Of a stretch of 64,000 bases of DNA, positions 9,606 through 18,659 are shown piece by piece (position 1 is the first letter of the stretch; the number at the start of each line of letters is the position of its first letter). Both the position numbers and the translations under genes were made by a program. The notes beneath the pieces were generated by a model. The model was not told the DNA's origin, ran no database searches, and was given only the letters and a program-made list of their open reading frames with translations. The stretch comes from Desulfobacteraceae bacterium (lineage in GTDB: Bacteria > Desulfobacterota > Desulfobacteria > Desulfobacterales > JAABSP01). The stretch covers positions 6,206-70,205 of the forward strand of contig JAABSP010000022.1 in the NCBI GenBank assembly GCA_011390345.1, read 5' to 3'.

Positions 9606-11138
9606 TCAGGCCGCTATGGTGAATCGCTTCTCCGAATCGGTCCCAGCCGTCTCCTTCTCCTCCGCAGCCAGAATCTGCCGCTCCCATGCCGCCATATCAT
9701 TGACATGGCGAAGGTTATGGTCCGTGCTCCTCGGATTTCCCCGGAGGGCCATCTCCCGAACGGCCCCGACCGCGTCCGGATCTTCCGGCAGCCAGAGGTG
9801 CGGAACCGGAAGGGATTTTTCCGTGTCGGCCGCATTTTTTCGTACCCATGCTTCCCGCTTGCAGTCCTCCATGAACTTTTCAAGGCTGAAGAAGGTGAGG
9901 TTGCCCATCGCGCCCAGCGCGTGGCGGACCATATGCACCCCGTATCTCCGCAACCGGCTGCGGCTGATCTCCGACTCCTGGATCGCGGCATCGAGATCGT
10001 CGGCAAGGCTGGTGCTGCCGCCGGACTGAGCCGAGGGAAAGCCTGTGACCCATCGGTTGAGGCGGGCAAGAGCTGCGTTGATCATCGGCTGCAGCGGCGA
10101 GCTGTAGGAGAGATCATGGGATGTGTCCATGATGCCGGGAATCCCGCCATGCACGCAGACGATCCCCGGATTGACCGTCTGGGCCAGCACCATCATGAAG
10201 AGCACCTGGGCATGGATGAGGGTGAGCAGGGCTTCGGGGCTGTTGGGGCCTGATGCTCCGGCAATTGTCAGATCCAGCAGCAGGAGTTGACTGCCGTTGG
10301 ATGCGCTCCGGATAAATGAGGGAACCATGCTGTTCATGGGGGTGAGGCTCGTCATCAGGGATGTGCCGTCGAGCCAGTCGGGCCGGGCCGCCAGGTGCGC
10401 GGCCTCATGATCTGCCATCTTCTTTGTGCAGGCCATCTTGAGGCCGGGGAATGTCCGATCCATCCCGAGGACGCACTCGTAATCGCTCATGCTCCGATCG
10501 GTCTGCACCGGCAGGCTGAAGATGCGGACGGCATCGGAATATTCTGATGCGGCCTGCAGGATCTCGTTGAACTCCTCTGCCGATGCGGCCCGCAGTGTAT
10601 CATCTCCCTCTCTTTTGAGAAACGGCGGGGTGGCTCCGGTGCCGAAGCTGTTCGGCCCGCACTCCCCGGGAAATGTCCGGGGCACGGTATCGAGGCATCG
10701 TTTTACATAATCGGGCTTCAGGGGCACGAACACGGCCCCGTCATTGTCGAAATCGACGGCATCGGCCGTCAGCAGGATCTCCATGATCTCCGGGCTGTCG
10801 GCAAGGTTCATCCCGACGGTCGAGAGGATCTGCCGTCCATTCCGGTCGATCCGTTCGTAGAGGGCCTTTTCGGCCATGAGCCCGCTGATTCTTGCCATAT
10901 GGTCCTGGATGATTTCCGCTGCAATCAGCCGATGATGTTCGTTTGCGGCCATAAGATCCCGATAGATGCGTCCGGCCGATTCGAAATCAAACGCGCGTTC
11001 ATGTGCGATGGCCGATTTTAAGATTCCCTGCACGATATGGCTCGCTCGGATCGACTGCTGATCATCTGCTGCTCTTCCGATTTCCAAGTTCCTGCCGATA
11101 ATATTGGCGGTTTCTCCCGCGATATTCATGGATTGCAT
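9606..11138 (-). CDS. MttB-superfamily (trimethylamine methyltransferase-like) protein, non-pyrrolysine type
   Basis: At 510 aa with no in-frame amber, it has an MttB-like layout. The features are …ILSTVGMNLADSPEIMEILLTADAV… near the N-terminus and …GAMGNLTFFSLEKFMEDCK… near the C-terminus. I recognised the family by eye only. Confidence 0.6.
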   Translation of the reverse strand: MQSMNIAGETANIIGRNLEIGRAADDQQSIRASHIVQGILKSAIAHERAFDFESAGRIYRDLMAANEHHRLIAAEIIQDHMARISGLMAEKALYERIDRNGRQILSTVGMNLADSPEIMEILLTADAVDFDNDGAVFVPLKPDYVKRCLDTVPRTFPGECGPNSFGTGATPPFLKREGDDTLRAASAEEFNEILQAASEYSDAVRIFSLPVQTDRSMSDYECVLGMDRTFPGLKMACTKKMADHEAAHLAARPDWLDGTSLMTSLTPMNSMVPSFIRSASNGSQLLLLDLTIAGASGPNSPEALLTLIHAQVLFMMVLAQTVNPGIVCVHGGIPGIMDTSHDLSYSSPLQPMINAALARLNRWVTGFPSAQSGGSTSLADDLDAAIQESEISRSRLRRYGVHMVRHALGAMGNLTFFSLEKFMEDCKREAWVRKNAADTEKSLPVPHLWLPEDPDAVGAVREMALRGNPRSTDHNLRHVNDMAAWERQILAAEEKETAGTDSEKRFTIAA

Positions 11139-11216
11139 TTTATGTTCCTCCTCATTTCTTTTGACAAATGGGTCATGGTTCGGTACATCCGTACATCCGT
11201 TCTATGCGCGGCATAT

Positions 11217-11233
11217 TGCACAGGAAATGCCAG
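11217..11233 (-). promoter_or_regulatory. Sigma-54 (-24/-12) promoter candidate for the MttB-like gene
   Basis: The minus strand reads cTGGCATttcctGTGCA with correct GG-N10-GC spacing. It lies about 80 nt upstream of the ATG at 11138. Confidence 0.5.
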
Positions 11234-11432
11234 GATCTGGAAAAAGGGAAAGGGGGATGGCATTAGCTGGAATTACAGATGGTTCAATTTTTTAGAAGCC
11301 AAAGCAGGGGCCGGAGAAGGAATGAGGCGGTGAAAAATCTTTTTGCCTTTTGGACGGAAAGCAAAAGGTTTGGCGGTTTTCGTCAAAATTTTTTTCCCTT
11401 CGGGCCGATCTTCAGAACGGATAGGTGCTGAA

Positions 11433-13208
11433 ATGGCTATTCCGATCATCACCGCAATTCTGGTATTGATGATTCTGCTGCTGATCACCGAATGGCTGCC
11501 GGTGGATGTGACCGCGGTCGGTATCATGGTGCTGCTGATGGTAACGGAGATTCTGCCGCCCAGGCTGGCGGTGGCCGGTTTCTCCCATCCCGCGGTGATC
11601 ACGGTGGGGGCCATGTTCGTCATCAGCAAGGCCATGATCCGCACCGGCGCGGTCGAGTTCATCGGCCGGTATGTCACGCGCCTGGCCAAGGGGAGTATGA
11701 CCCTGGCGCTGGGGGTGATTCTTCTCACGGTGGGGGTGGCGTCTGCCTTCATCAACAATACGCCGGTGGTGCTCCTCTTCATCCCGGTGATCATGATCAT
11801 GTGCTGCGAGTTCAACCTCAGCCCCTCCAAGTTCCTGATCCCCGTCTCCTACGCCTCGATTCTGGCCGGGACCTGCACCCTCATCGGTACCTCCACCAAC
11901 ATCATCGTCAGCGACCTGAGCCTTGCCGCGGGATATGGAGCCATCGGGATGTTCGAGCTGGGCCGTCTGGGGGTTCCGGTTGCCGTGGCCGGAATCATAT
12001 TTCTGCTGATAGCGGCCCCGCGGCTGATGCCCTCGCTCTTCAACCCTACCTGCCAGTTCGGCGAGGGGGAGCAGCGCCGCTATCTGGCCGAGCTGAAGAT
12101 CCCCCGGGGCAGCCCTCTGGTCGGGGAAGATCCGGTTGCGTTTTTTGCCGAACGCCATCCGGATCTGGGGGTGCTGGAGCTGATCCGCCACTCCATCATC
12201 TACCATCCGGAGCGGGACCCGGTGGAGATGGCTCCGGACGACCGGCTGCTGGTAAAGGGTTCGGTCAATGCACTTGTCGCGGTGCTGCAGGATGGGAATG
12301 TGGTCCTGCCCAGTTCCGAGCAGGATCTCTCCTTCAGCGTGGCCAGAGATGCCCCCGTGGTGGTGGAGATGATCATCACCCCGGAATCGAACCTGCTGGG
12401 CCGGCGCCTGGTGGAGACGGAGCTGATTCAGGACCCGGCCATCCATTTCATCGCGATCCGGCGCAGGGACCTCCACTATACTGAGCGGGAGATCCAGGAG
12501 ATCCGCCTGCGCATAGGCGACATCGTGCTGGTCTGGTGCGGCACGGCAAAGCTTATTGCGATGCGGGCCGCGCGGGAGTACATCATCATCGAAGACATCT
12601 CCGAGGAGATCGTGCTCAAGCGCAAGGCGTGGCTGTCGCTGCTGATCTTCGGGGGGCTCATCATTGGGGCAACGTCAGGGCTGGCCGATATCATGACCTG
12701 TGCCCTGACTGCGGCCTTTCTGATGATCCTGGCCGGCTGCATTCAGCCCCGGGACGCATATCAGGCACTGCAAAGGGATGTGCTGCTGCTGATCGTGGGG
12801 ACCATCGCGCTGGGGGAGGCCATGCAGATTACTGGGGCCAGCCGGGTTTATGCGGAGGCGTTTCTGGGGCTCTTTGCGGGCTATTCTCCCCGGGTCGTGC
12901 TGGGAGGGCTGCTGCTGCTGACGAGCGTCTGCACTCAGGTTCTCAGCAACAACGCGACTGCGGTGCTGCTCTTTCCAATCGCGATCTCGACCGCGGCCAG
13001 TCTGGGGGCAGATGCCCGGCCCTTCATCATCGCGGTCTGTTTCGGGGCCAGCGCCTGTTTTGCCAGCCCCATGGGATATCAGACGAATCTTCTGGTCTAT
13101 GGGCCCGGCGGGTATCGGTTTTCCGATTATCTGACACTGGGGATTCCGCTGAACCTGCTGGTGCTGGCTGCGGGGGCGGTTTTTATTCCCTGGTTCTGGC
13201 CTTTTTAA
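11433..13208 (+). CDS. SLC13/DASS-family permease with two central TrkA-C (RCK_C) domains
   Basis: MAIPIITAILVLMILLLITEWLPVDVTAVGIM… and multiple TM segments flank two RCK_C-like inserts (…LAELKIPRGSPLVGED… and …EMIITPESNLLGRRLVE…). I chose the ATG at 11433 within ORF 11343..13208. Confidence 0.8.
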   Translation: MAIPIITAILVLMILLLITEWLPVDVTAVGIMVLLMVTEILPPRLAVAGFSHPAVITVGAMFVISKAMIRTGAVEFIGRYVTRLAKGSMTLALGVILLTVGVASAFINNTPVVLLFIPVIMIMCCEFNLSPSKFLIPVSYASILAGTCTLIGTSTNIIVSDLSLAAGYGAIGMFELGRLGVPVAVAGIIFLLIAAPRLMPSLFNPTCQFGEGEQRRYLAELKIPRGSPLVGEDPVAFFAERHPDLGVLELIRHSIIYHPERDPVEMAPDDRLLVKGSVNALVAVLQDGNVVLPSSEQDLSFSVARDAPVVVEMIITPESNLLGRRLVETELIQDPAIHFIAIRRRDLHYTEREIQEIRLRIGDIVLVWCGTAKLIAMRAAREYIIIEDISEEIVLKRKAWLSLLIFGGLIIGATSGLADIMTCALTAAFLMILAGCIQPRDAYQALQRDVLLLIVGTIALGEAMQITGASRVYAEAFLGLFAGYSPRVVLGGLLLLTSVCTQVLSNNATAVLLFPIAISTAASLGADARPFIIAVCFGASACFASPMGYQTNLLVYGPGGYRFSDYLTLGIPLNLLVLAAGAVFIPWFWPF

Positions 13209-13229
13209 CAGGGAAATGGGAGCGTTTCG

Positions 13230-13400
13230 ATGAAGATGAAGGTTGATATGTCGCCCCAAGCCATTACCATGCGCCTCAAAAAGGCTAGCGAGCTTCGGCG
13301 GTTGTGCATTGCGCTGGGAGGGGAGCGGTTGAAGGAGCGATTGCAGAAGGATAGTATCAGGGAAGAATGGGCAGAGGAAGAGCAGAGGTTGAGGAAATAA
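13230..13400 (+). CDS. Small 56-aa basic/acidic helical protein (hypothetical)
   Basis: My own translation gives MKMKVDMSPQAITMRLKKASELRRLCIALGGERLKERLQKDSIREEWAEEEQRLRK*. It is below the ORF-track size cutoff. Coding status is uncertain. Confidence 0.3.
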   Translation: MKMKVDMSPQAITMRLKKASELRRLCIALGGERLKERLQKDSIREEWAEEEQRLRK

Positions 13401-13546
13401 TATCGGTCAGCACTTATCGTCCGCCGGTGATCTGTATGGGAAGCTGGTATTATTGAGAGGTGTGCAATGTCGTGAGCATAAAGGAATTGAATATTCAATC
13501 CATAGCAATTCCAAAATTTTAGTAGAGGGGGAAAAGGAGTTATTAT

Positions 13547-13876
13547 ATGAAGAAGACGGTCTGGATTTCATACGATTTGGGTGTAAAAGGAGACTATGAG
13601 GGGCTGTTTTCCTGGTTGGACGACCATGACGCAAAAGAGTGCGGCAACAGCATAGCGGTGCTGGAATACGATTATACTGACAGTTTTGTGGAGGAACTAC
13701 AGGAGGATCTGTCTCGAAATGTAAATTTTGCAAAGCATGATCGGATCTATGTCATTCTGCGGGAAGGAGAGAAGATGAGGGGCAGGTTTTTGTTCGGAAA
13801 GCGTAAGGCGGCTCCGTGGTCGGGTTATGGTCATCAGGAACCGCAGATAAATGAGGAAGTGCAGTTGCATGGCTAA
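13547..13876 (+). CDS. Hypothetical protein (109 aa) in the AT-richer islet
   Basis: It is an intact ORF with a GGAG-containing upstream region. It reads MKKTVWISYDLGVKGDYEGLFSWLDDHDAKECGNS… I recognised no family. Confidence 0.5.
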   Translation: MKKTVWISYDLGVKGDYEGLFSWLDDHDAKECGNSIAVLEYDYTDSFVEELQEDLSRNVNFAKHDRIYVILREGEKMRGRFLFGKRKAAPWSGYGHQEPQINEEVQLHG

Positions 13877-14060
13877 GAATCTCCTGCTGGATAGGATTTT
13901 CGAAAATCAAACGCCGTGGCTGTCTCTCAGCCTGGTTGATGAAGTTATCAGGAGCGCCCTTTTGGACACGGATGTCAAAATTGATGCCATGATTACATTT
14001 AATCCTCGTGATTTTTATGATATATGTTCCGATAGACGTATTGAATTGATCGGTGGTTGA
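13869..14060 (+). pseudogene. Short PIN-like C-terminal remnant (63 codons)
   Basis: …VKIDAMITFNPRDFYDICS… resembles the C-terminal (T/N)xNxxDF segment of PIN/VapC toxins. The ORF is far too short for a full PIN domain. It overlaps the preceding ORF by 8 nt. Confidence 0.3.
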
Positions 14061-14244
14061 CAAAAAAGGATGAAAACTCGAAAAGCCTGCGATGTTGATG
14101 CATAATCAGACCTTGTCATATACCATTGAAGAGCACAAGCATCGGTTTTCTGCCTGGGCTGCTGGGAGAGCGACAAATGTCAATGGCTGCCGTTTCCCGG
14201 TTGTGCAGGCGAAAGAAATCCTTGAATAGGAATGGGAGAAGATC

Positions 14245-14604
14245 ATGGATGAAATAACAACGGTTGAGATTCCAAAAGAGATTGAAAAAAATTTTGAAAT
14301 TCTTGCAAAAGAAACACACATGCCGAAAATGTATCATATTGAGAAGGCATTGAAAATCTACCTGAAGCAGTTTGATAAATTGGGCTCGGAAATCGTTTTA
14401 TCGGATGATGATCCGGAGCCGGATCTGAATAAAATCGATGTCATGGTTGAGACGAGGCCGATTTATCAGTATCGATTGCGGAAATCCAAGGCGGAGAGCG
14501 AAAAAAAAGAGCACCTCGACTCCCCTTTTCTTTCTTCATCTCCTGTGGATTTGGGATATACGGACGCATCGATGCTGGATCAAATCATTGCCGGAGATGA
14601 CTGA
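14245..14604 (+). CDS. vapB: Ribbon-helix-helix (CopG/VapB-like) antitoxin
   Basis: The N-terminal pattern ITTVEIPKEIEKNFEILAKETHMPKMYHIEKALKIYL fits a beta strand followed by two helices. Its stop overlaps the ATG of the PIN gene (TGATG at 14602-14606). Confidence 0.65.
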   Translation: MDEITTVEIPKEIEKNFEILAKETHMPKMYHIEKALKIYLKQFDKLGSEIVLSDDDPEPDLNKIDVMVETRPIYQYRLRKSKAESEKKEHLDSPFLSSSPVDLGYTDASMLDQIIAGDD

Positions 14605-15005
14605 TGGAGTTCTTTGCCGATACCTCATTTCTGGTCGCCCTTTACAATAAAAAAGATAAAAACCATTTGCAGGCAAAGAGGCTCTTTTCAGAACTTGAGA
14701 GCCAATCACGGTATGTCATATCCGATTATATTTTTGATGAAATCCTCACCGTTGTCCTTGTGAGATCCGGAAAATATCTATCTGTGCAGGCGGGGGAAAA
14801 AATACTGGCAGATGACAGAATTCATATTGTACAGGTGGATGAAGCGGTTTTCGAAAAATCCTGGCTTGTTTACCGGATATTCAAAGACAAGAGATGGAGT
14901 TTTACGGATTGTACATCGTATGTTTTGATGAAGAATTTATCGATTCATGCAGGAGTTTCCTTTGATGAACATTTTAAACAGTTTGGTTTTGAGGTGCTTC
15001 CATAG
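14604..15005 (+). CDS. vapC: PIN-domain toxin (VapC family)
   Basis: MEFFADTSFLVALYNKKDKNH… carries the first acidic residue. …ISDYIFDEILT… and …WSFTDCTSYVLMKNLSIHAGVSFDEHF carry the remaining acidic PIN residues. Confidence 0.8.
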   Translation: MEFFADTSFLVALYNKKDKNHLQAKRLFSELESQSRYVISDYIFDEILTVVLVRSGKYLSVQAGEKILADDRIHIVQVDEAVFEKSWLVYRIFKDKRWSFTDCTSYVLMKNLSIHAGVSFDEHFKQFGFEVLP

Positions 15006-15371
15006 TTTGTTTTGGATATAATCTTTTGATTTTTATAGAAATTAAAAGGAGGTATATATGCTGCGCTTATTGCAAAGAATATGCTGGAATAATAGAGGAT
15101 GGCAATTTCCTTCCGGTTCAACTGAAGAAGGTGGATTTCCAGGTGAAAGAGGGTTTGGTCATGAGGAATGGAATTTTCAACTTTCTGACACATGGAATGG
15201 TTTTATTTTTCCATACACATATAGTGTAGCACAACGAGCTGACGGAGAAAATTTACCCGTTATTTTGTCCACTGGAGGCAAAATAAGTGCCAACTTCCAT
15301 TTGCGGTCATAGGTTTTTGAGGAGCCCCGGTATCCGTGCCGCATGGAAAATTCTATCCCATTGCGACCGAT

Positions 15372-15428
15372 CCGGGGCTCCTTCATCAAACCGGGGCTCC
15401 TTCATCAAACCGGGGCTCCTTCATCAAA
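15372..15428. repeat. Perfect 3 x 19-bp tandem repeat (ccggggctccttcatcaaa)
   Basis: Three head-to-tail identical copies are read directly from the sequence. They lie 10 nt outside the stop codon of the DUF4340 gene, at the right edge of the AT-richer islet. Confidence 0.95.
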
Positions 15429-15437
15429 TAAGAGCGG

Positions 15438-16679
15438 CTATTGGGCCAGCGCCTCCTCCTCGATCTCCTGTGCCGGCGCTGCCATTTCCGGGGCCGTTTC
15501 CTTCTCCTCGAAGAAGTTTTCGATATCCGCTGCCAGATTCTCCTTCCGCCATTCGGGAATGACAAAGGTCCATTTGGAGAGCTTCTCGTTCAGCTCCGAC
15601 ATCTCCTTTTTCAGCTCGGCATCCTTCTCCTGCTTCTCCGCGATGGCCTTTTCCCGCTCCGCCTCCGCCTTCTCTTGGGCCTCCGCTTCGTCCCCATCGG
15701 CCGAAGACGGTTCAGCGTCTGTCTCGACTTCCGTGTCCGGCCGCGCCTCGAAATCGGCCGCCACCTTCACATAATAGGATTCCCCGTCAGCGTCATCGCC
15801 TGGGGCCGCTCCCGGATATACCCGATAGATCCGCCCATCGAACATCCGATAGACAAATACCTCATCGAATCCGAGCTTCTCGGCCGGGGTTTCCGGATCG
15901 GCCACATCTTCGATCATAAATGAGGCGATCGAACTGAAGAGGGAATTGACCTTCGACTTTACGATCTCCCGATCCGCATAGGCTTGGGGAAGATCGACGA
16001 ATTCCGGATCTTTCCCCTTTTCCGGCCGCTTCAGGGTATAGACCGCATCCCCGCCCTCGCCCGTTTTCAGCGTCACCGTCTCCACCTCGTTTGCGGGCGC
16101 CTCGAAGAGCGACTTGTTCAGCCAATCGGCCGGATCGGTCTCCATGAGCCGAAAGCTCTGGTCCACAAGATAGACGCTCTCGCCGCGGGCCGGCATCACA
16201 TAATGCCCCCCGGCCCCCGCGCCGCCATCATCTCTGGCACTTCCCACCAGAAGATCGGCAAGAACCTTCTCCTCGCTGTTCTTGAAGGTGATCCGCGTCG
16301 CCTTTGCATCTGCAGAGGGCGCATCACTGTCGGGCGGATAGAGGGTGAGCCGTTTACGCACATCGTCGGTTGCGGCAAAGCTTCTGCCCACGGAGGCATC
16401 CCGGATCTTTTTGGCCAGATCGGTGATCTTCCCGAAATCGGCCGGATAGCCGTACCGGTCCGACACGCCCCAGACCGATTCCCCCTTCTGCAGGGTCACG
16501 GACCCATCCGGTGCTTGAATGGTCATGACCGTCACATCATTGACCGGAAAATCCGGGATCAGCTTCTCCCCCATCTCGGTCTTTGCCGTTTTCGGGGGCT
16601 CTGTTTTGAAGACGAACCAGGTGATGCCGGCAAGGATTCCACAGATGGCCAGCAGAAGAATAAGGGTTTTCGATTTCAT
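15438..16679 (-). CDS. DUF4340-like protein, last gene of the GldG-type ABC operon
   Basis: It has an N-terminal TM anchor (MKSKTLILLLAICGILAGITWFVF) and an acidic C-terminal low-complexity tail. Its position directly after a GldG-like gene is the usual DUF4340 context. Confidence 0.7.
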   Translation of the reverse strand: MKSKTLILLLAICGILAGITWFVFKTEPPKTAKTEMGEKLIPDFPVNDVTVMTIQAPDGSVTLQKGESVWGVSDRYGYPADFGKITDLAKKIRDASVGRSFAATDDVRKRLTLYPPDSDAPSADAKATRITFKNSEEKVLADLLVGSARDDGGAGAGGHYVMPARGESVYLVDQSFRLMETDPADWLNKSLFEAPANEVETVTLKTGEGGDAVYTLKRPEKGKDPEFVDLPQAYADREIVKSKVNSLFSSIASFMIEDVADPETPAEKLGFDEVFVYRMFDGRIYRVYPGAAPGDDADGESYYVKVAADFEARPDTEVETDAEPSSADGDEAEAQEKAEAEREKAIAEKQEKDAELKKEMSELNEKLSKWTFVIPEWRKENLAADIENFFEEKETAPEMAAPAQEIEEEALAQ

Positions 16680-16697
16680 CTTGCACAGACTCCTTTC

Positions 16698-18629
16698 TTA
16701 TACTACAGACTCTCCGTGGTTTTTTTGGCTTTTCGAGCGCCGATAAAGGGCATATCCGATGCCGGCCAGAGAGACCAGAAGGGGCATAAGAACGATATTG
16801 ATGGCCTTGACCTTGGTCTCCAGCGCTTCGATGTCCGAGCGGAGGTTCCGGCGGACGATCTTCAGCTCCTGATTGATCCGCTGCTTCTCCTCCCGGAACT
16901 TCTCGATCTCGGCCTGCTGCTTTTCGCTTATGATGAACTCCTGGGAGGGGTCCTTCTGGCCCTCCAGGGTCTGCAGCTTCTGGTTGGTCTCATCCATCTT
17001 CTTCTCCAACTCCTGCTCTTTGGCCAGCCATCTGTCCTGGGCCTTTCTCTCCAGCTCCTCCACCTTGGTGAATGGCCGCTCGAATTTGCCCCGGGAGCGG
17101 ATGGTAATCAGGGCATCGGAGCCGGTGAGCATCTCGGTGGTGTTGAGCAGCAGGTTCAGGTTGTCGTTGAAGACCCTCGCGACCTCGAAGCCGAGGAAGT
17201 TCTGCCGGCTCACATAGTAGCCGTCAAAGAGCATGTCGGCATCCGCGACCACGATGATGGTAGCGGGCCCCGTTGCTGCGGTCAGCCCTTTGGCTTCATC
17301 CGCATCGGCTTTTTCCGGTTCTTCTCCCGATTTTTCTGGAGCCGAAGATGGCCCCGCTTCGGGCTTTCCGTCCGGAAATCCGGTGGAAAATTCGCCTCTT
17401 ACCCGGACCGCAAGGTCATAGGTATCCACGGTGGGGGAGAAGTCCTTGCGGATCTGTGCGCTGCCGAACTGGGCCCGGAACCCATCGACGAGTGCGGAAT
17501 CCGCAGTCGATGTGATCAGCCGGGTATATTCGTAGCTGCTCCCCTCGATCTGGGAGATGGTTCCGGCCACCGGCATCAGGATGCTCTCCAGGTTGGCCGT
17601 CACGATCTCCTCGTCATTGATGGCCGCATCAGGAATGCTGAGCCATAAGGGATTCTCCTCGACCTGGTTGTTCTGATTCCGCAGGCGGGTGGTGTAGTTG
17701 ATATCGGCAAGCACCTTGTTGGAGGCCATCTCAAGGCCCCAGGCCTTCAACAGCTTTTCGGGAACCGAAGAGCGGTCCATGCCCATACCGGCTGCGGAGT
17801 CATCCGAGATGCAGAACGCGTCCGCGAAGAGGATCACGTTCTTTCCCGAAAGCACATGCTGGTCCACCGCATACTGAAGGGTCTCGGACATCTCCTTGGG
17901 GTGGAGCAGGATCAGCAGGTCGATCTTTTCGTCAATGGATTCGGCCGTGGCCGGGATCTCCTCCACTTCATAGGTCTTCTGCAGCTCGTTGATGAAGACC
18001 CACGGCTCCTGCTGGGGCCCCTGCTGCATCATCCCCATGGGAGGGCCGCTGCCGAAGACGGGCAGGGCGCTGATCACGCCGATTTTCGGCTTCTCCGGGG
18101 TCTGGAGCCGGGAGATGATTCTCGTGATGTCATACTCCAGATGCTCCTCTCTGGAGGGGTCGATGGTCGGAATCACCTCTTCCTGGTCCGCCGCGGCCGC
18201 AACCAGGCCGAAGTATATTTTCTCTCCGGTGGGCAGGTTGACCCCCCGAACCCCGTACTTTTGGGCCCACTCCTCCTCCTCGGAGTCGGGTTGCGGGTCG
18301 ATCACCTCCACCCGGATCTTTCCGTCGCTGTAGTATTCGTACTCCTTTAAAAAGTCGATCATCCGACCGGCGTAGGTCTTGATGTAGAGCGGGGTGTTGA
18401 CGTTGTCTCTGGTGTAGAAGACCTTCAACGTCACATCCTGCTCCAGGTTCGACAGGATCTTGTGGGAGCCTTCGGAGAGGGAGTAGAGTTTGTCTGCGGT
18501 CGCGTCCCAGCGCAGGTTGGCCCGGGAGAGGATCGCATTTGCAAAGACAAGTATCAACAGGACCGCGATCACCCCGCCGAGGGAATAGACGGACCTGCTT
18601 ATGCCAAAGCCGTTTTTCTTTTCAGACAT
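16698..18629 (-). CDS. GldG-family ABC-transporter auxiliary protein
   Basis: At 643 aa it has an N-terminal TM, a large periplasmic region, a coiled-coil segment (…QELEKKMDETNQKLQTLEGQK…) and a C-terminal TM. It follows the ABC-2 permease. Confidence 0.75.
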   Translation of the reverse strand: MSEKKNGFGISRSVYSLGGVIAVLLILVFANAILSRANLRWDATADKLYSLSEGSHKILSNLEQDVTLKVFYTRDNVNTPLYIKTYAGRMIDFLKEYEYYSDGKIRVEVIDPQPDSEEEEWAQKYGVRGVNLPTGEKIYFGLVAAAADQEEVIPTIDPSREEHLEYDITRIISRLQTPEKPKIGVISALPVFGSGPPMGMMQQGPQQEPWVFINELQKTYEVEEIPATAESIDEKIDLLILLHPKEMSETLQYAVDQHVLSGKNVILFADAFCISDDSAAGMGMDRSSVPEKLLKAWGLEMASNKVLADINYTTRLRNQNNQVEENPLWLSIPDAAINDEEIVTANLESILMPVAGTISQIEGSSYEYTRLITSTADSALVDGFRAQFGSAQIRKDFSPTVDTYDLAVRVRGEFSTGFPDGKPEAGPSSAPEKSGEEPEKADADEAKGLTAATGPATIIVVADADMLFDGYYVSRQNFLGFEVARVFNDNLNLLLNTTEMLTGSDALITIRSRGKFERPFTKVEELERKAQDRWLAKEQELEKKMDETNQKLQTLEGQKDPSQEFIISEKQQAEIEKFREEKQRINQELKIVRRNLRSDIEALETKVKAINIVLMPLLVSLAGIGYALYRRSKSQKNHGESVV

Positions 18630-18659
18630 CGGTAGCTGTACCTCCGTATAAATTGGCTA

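Noticed and set aside
9606-11138. Pyrrolysine (in-frame UAG) in the MttB-family gene
   Set aside because: The ORF is uninterrupted over 510 codons, and no pyl genes are visible in the window.
13224-13241. Possible inverted-repeat partner (tttcgatgaagatgaagg) of the 19-bp repeat, marking islet ends
   Set aside because: Only about 10 nt match the reverse complement of the repeat unit (tttgatgaagg). This is too short to distinguish from chance, so no mobile-element boundary is claimed.
15372-15428. Possible CRISPR array or att site (3 x 19 bp), and likewise the other tandem arrays at 25130, 30109, 42320 and 47712
   Set aside because: The copies are directly adjacent with no spacers, the units are only 9-21 bp, and no cas genes or integrase are present. 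They are simple tandem repeats.
15984-17648. 554-aa + strand ORF
   Set aside because: It is antisense to the DUF4340 and GldG-like genes and has no motifs. It spans the gap between two real minus-strand genes, which a genuine gene would not.
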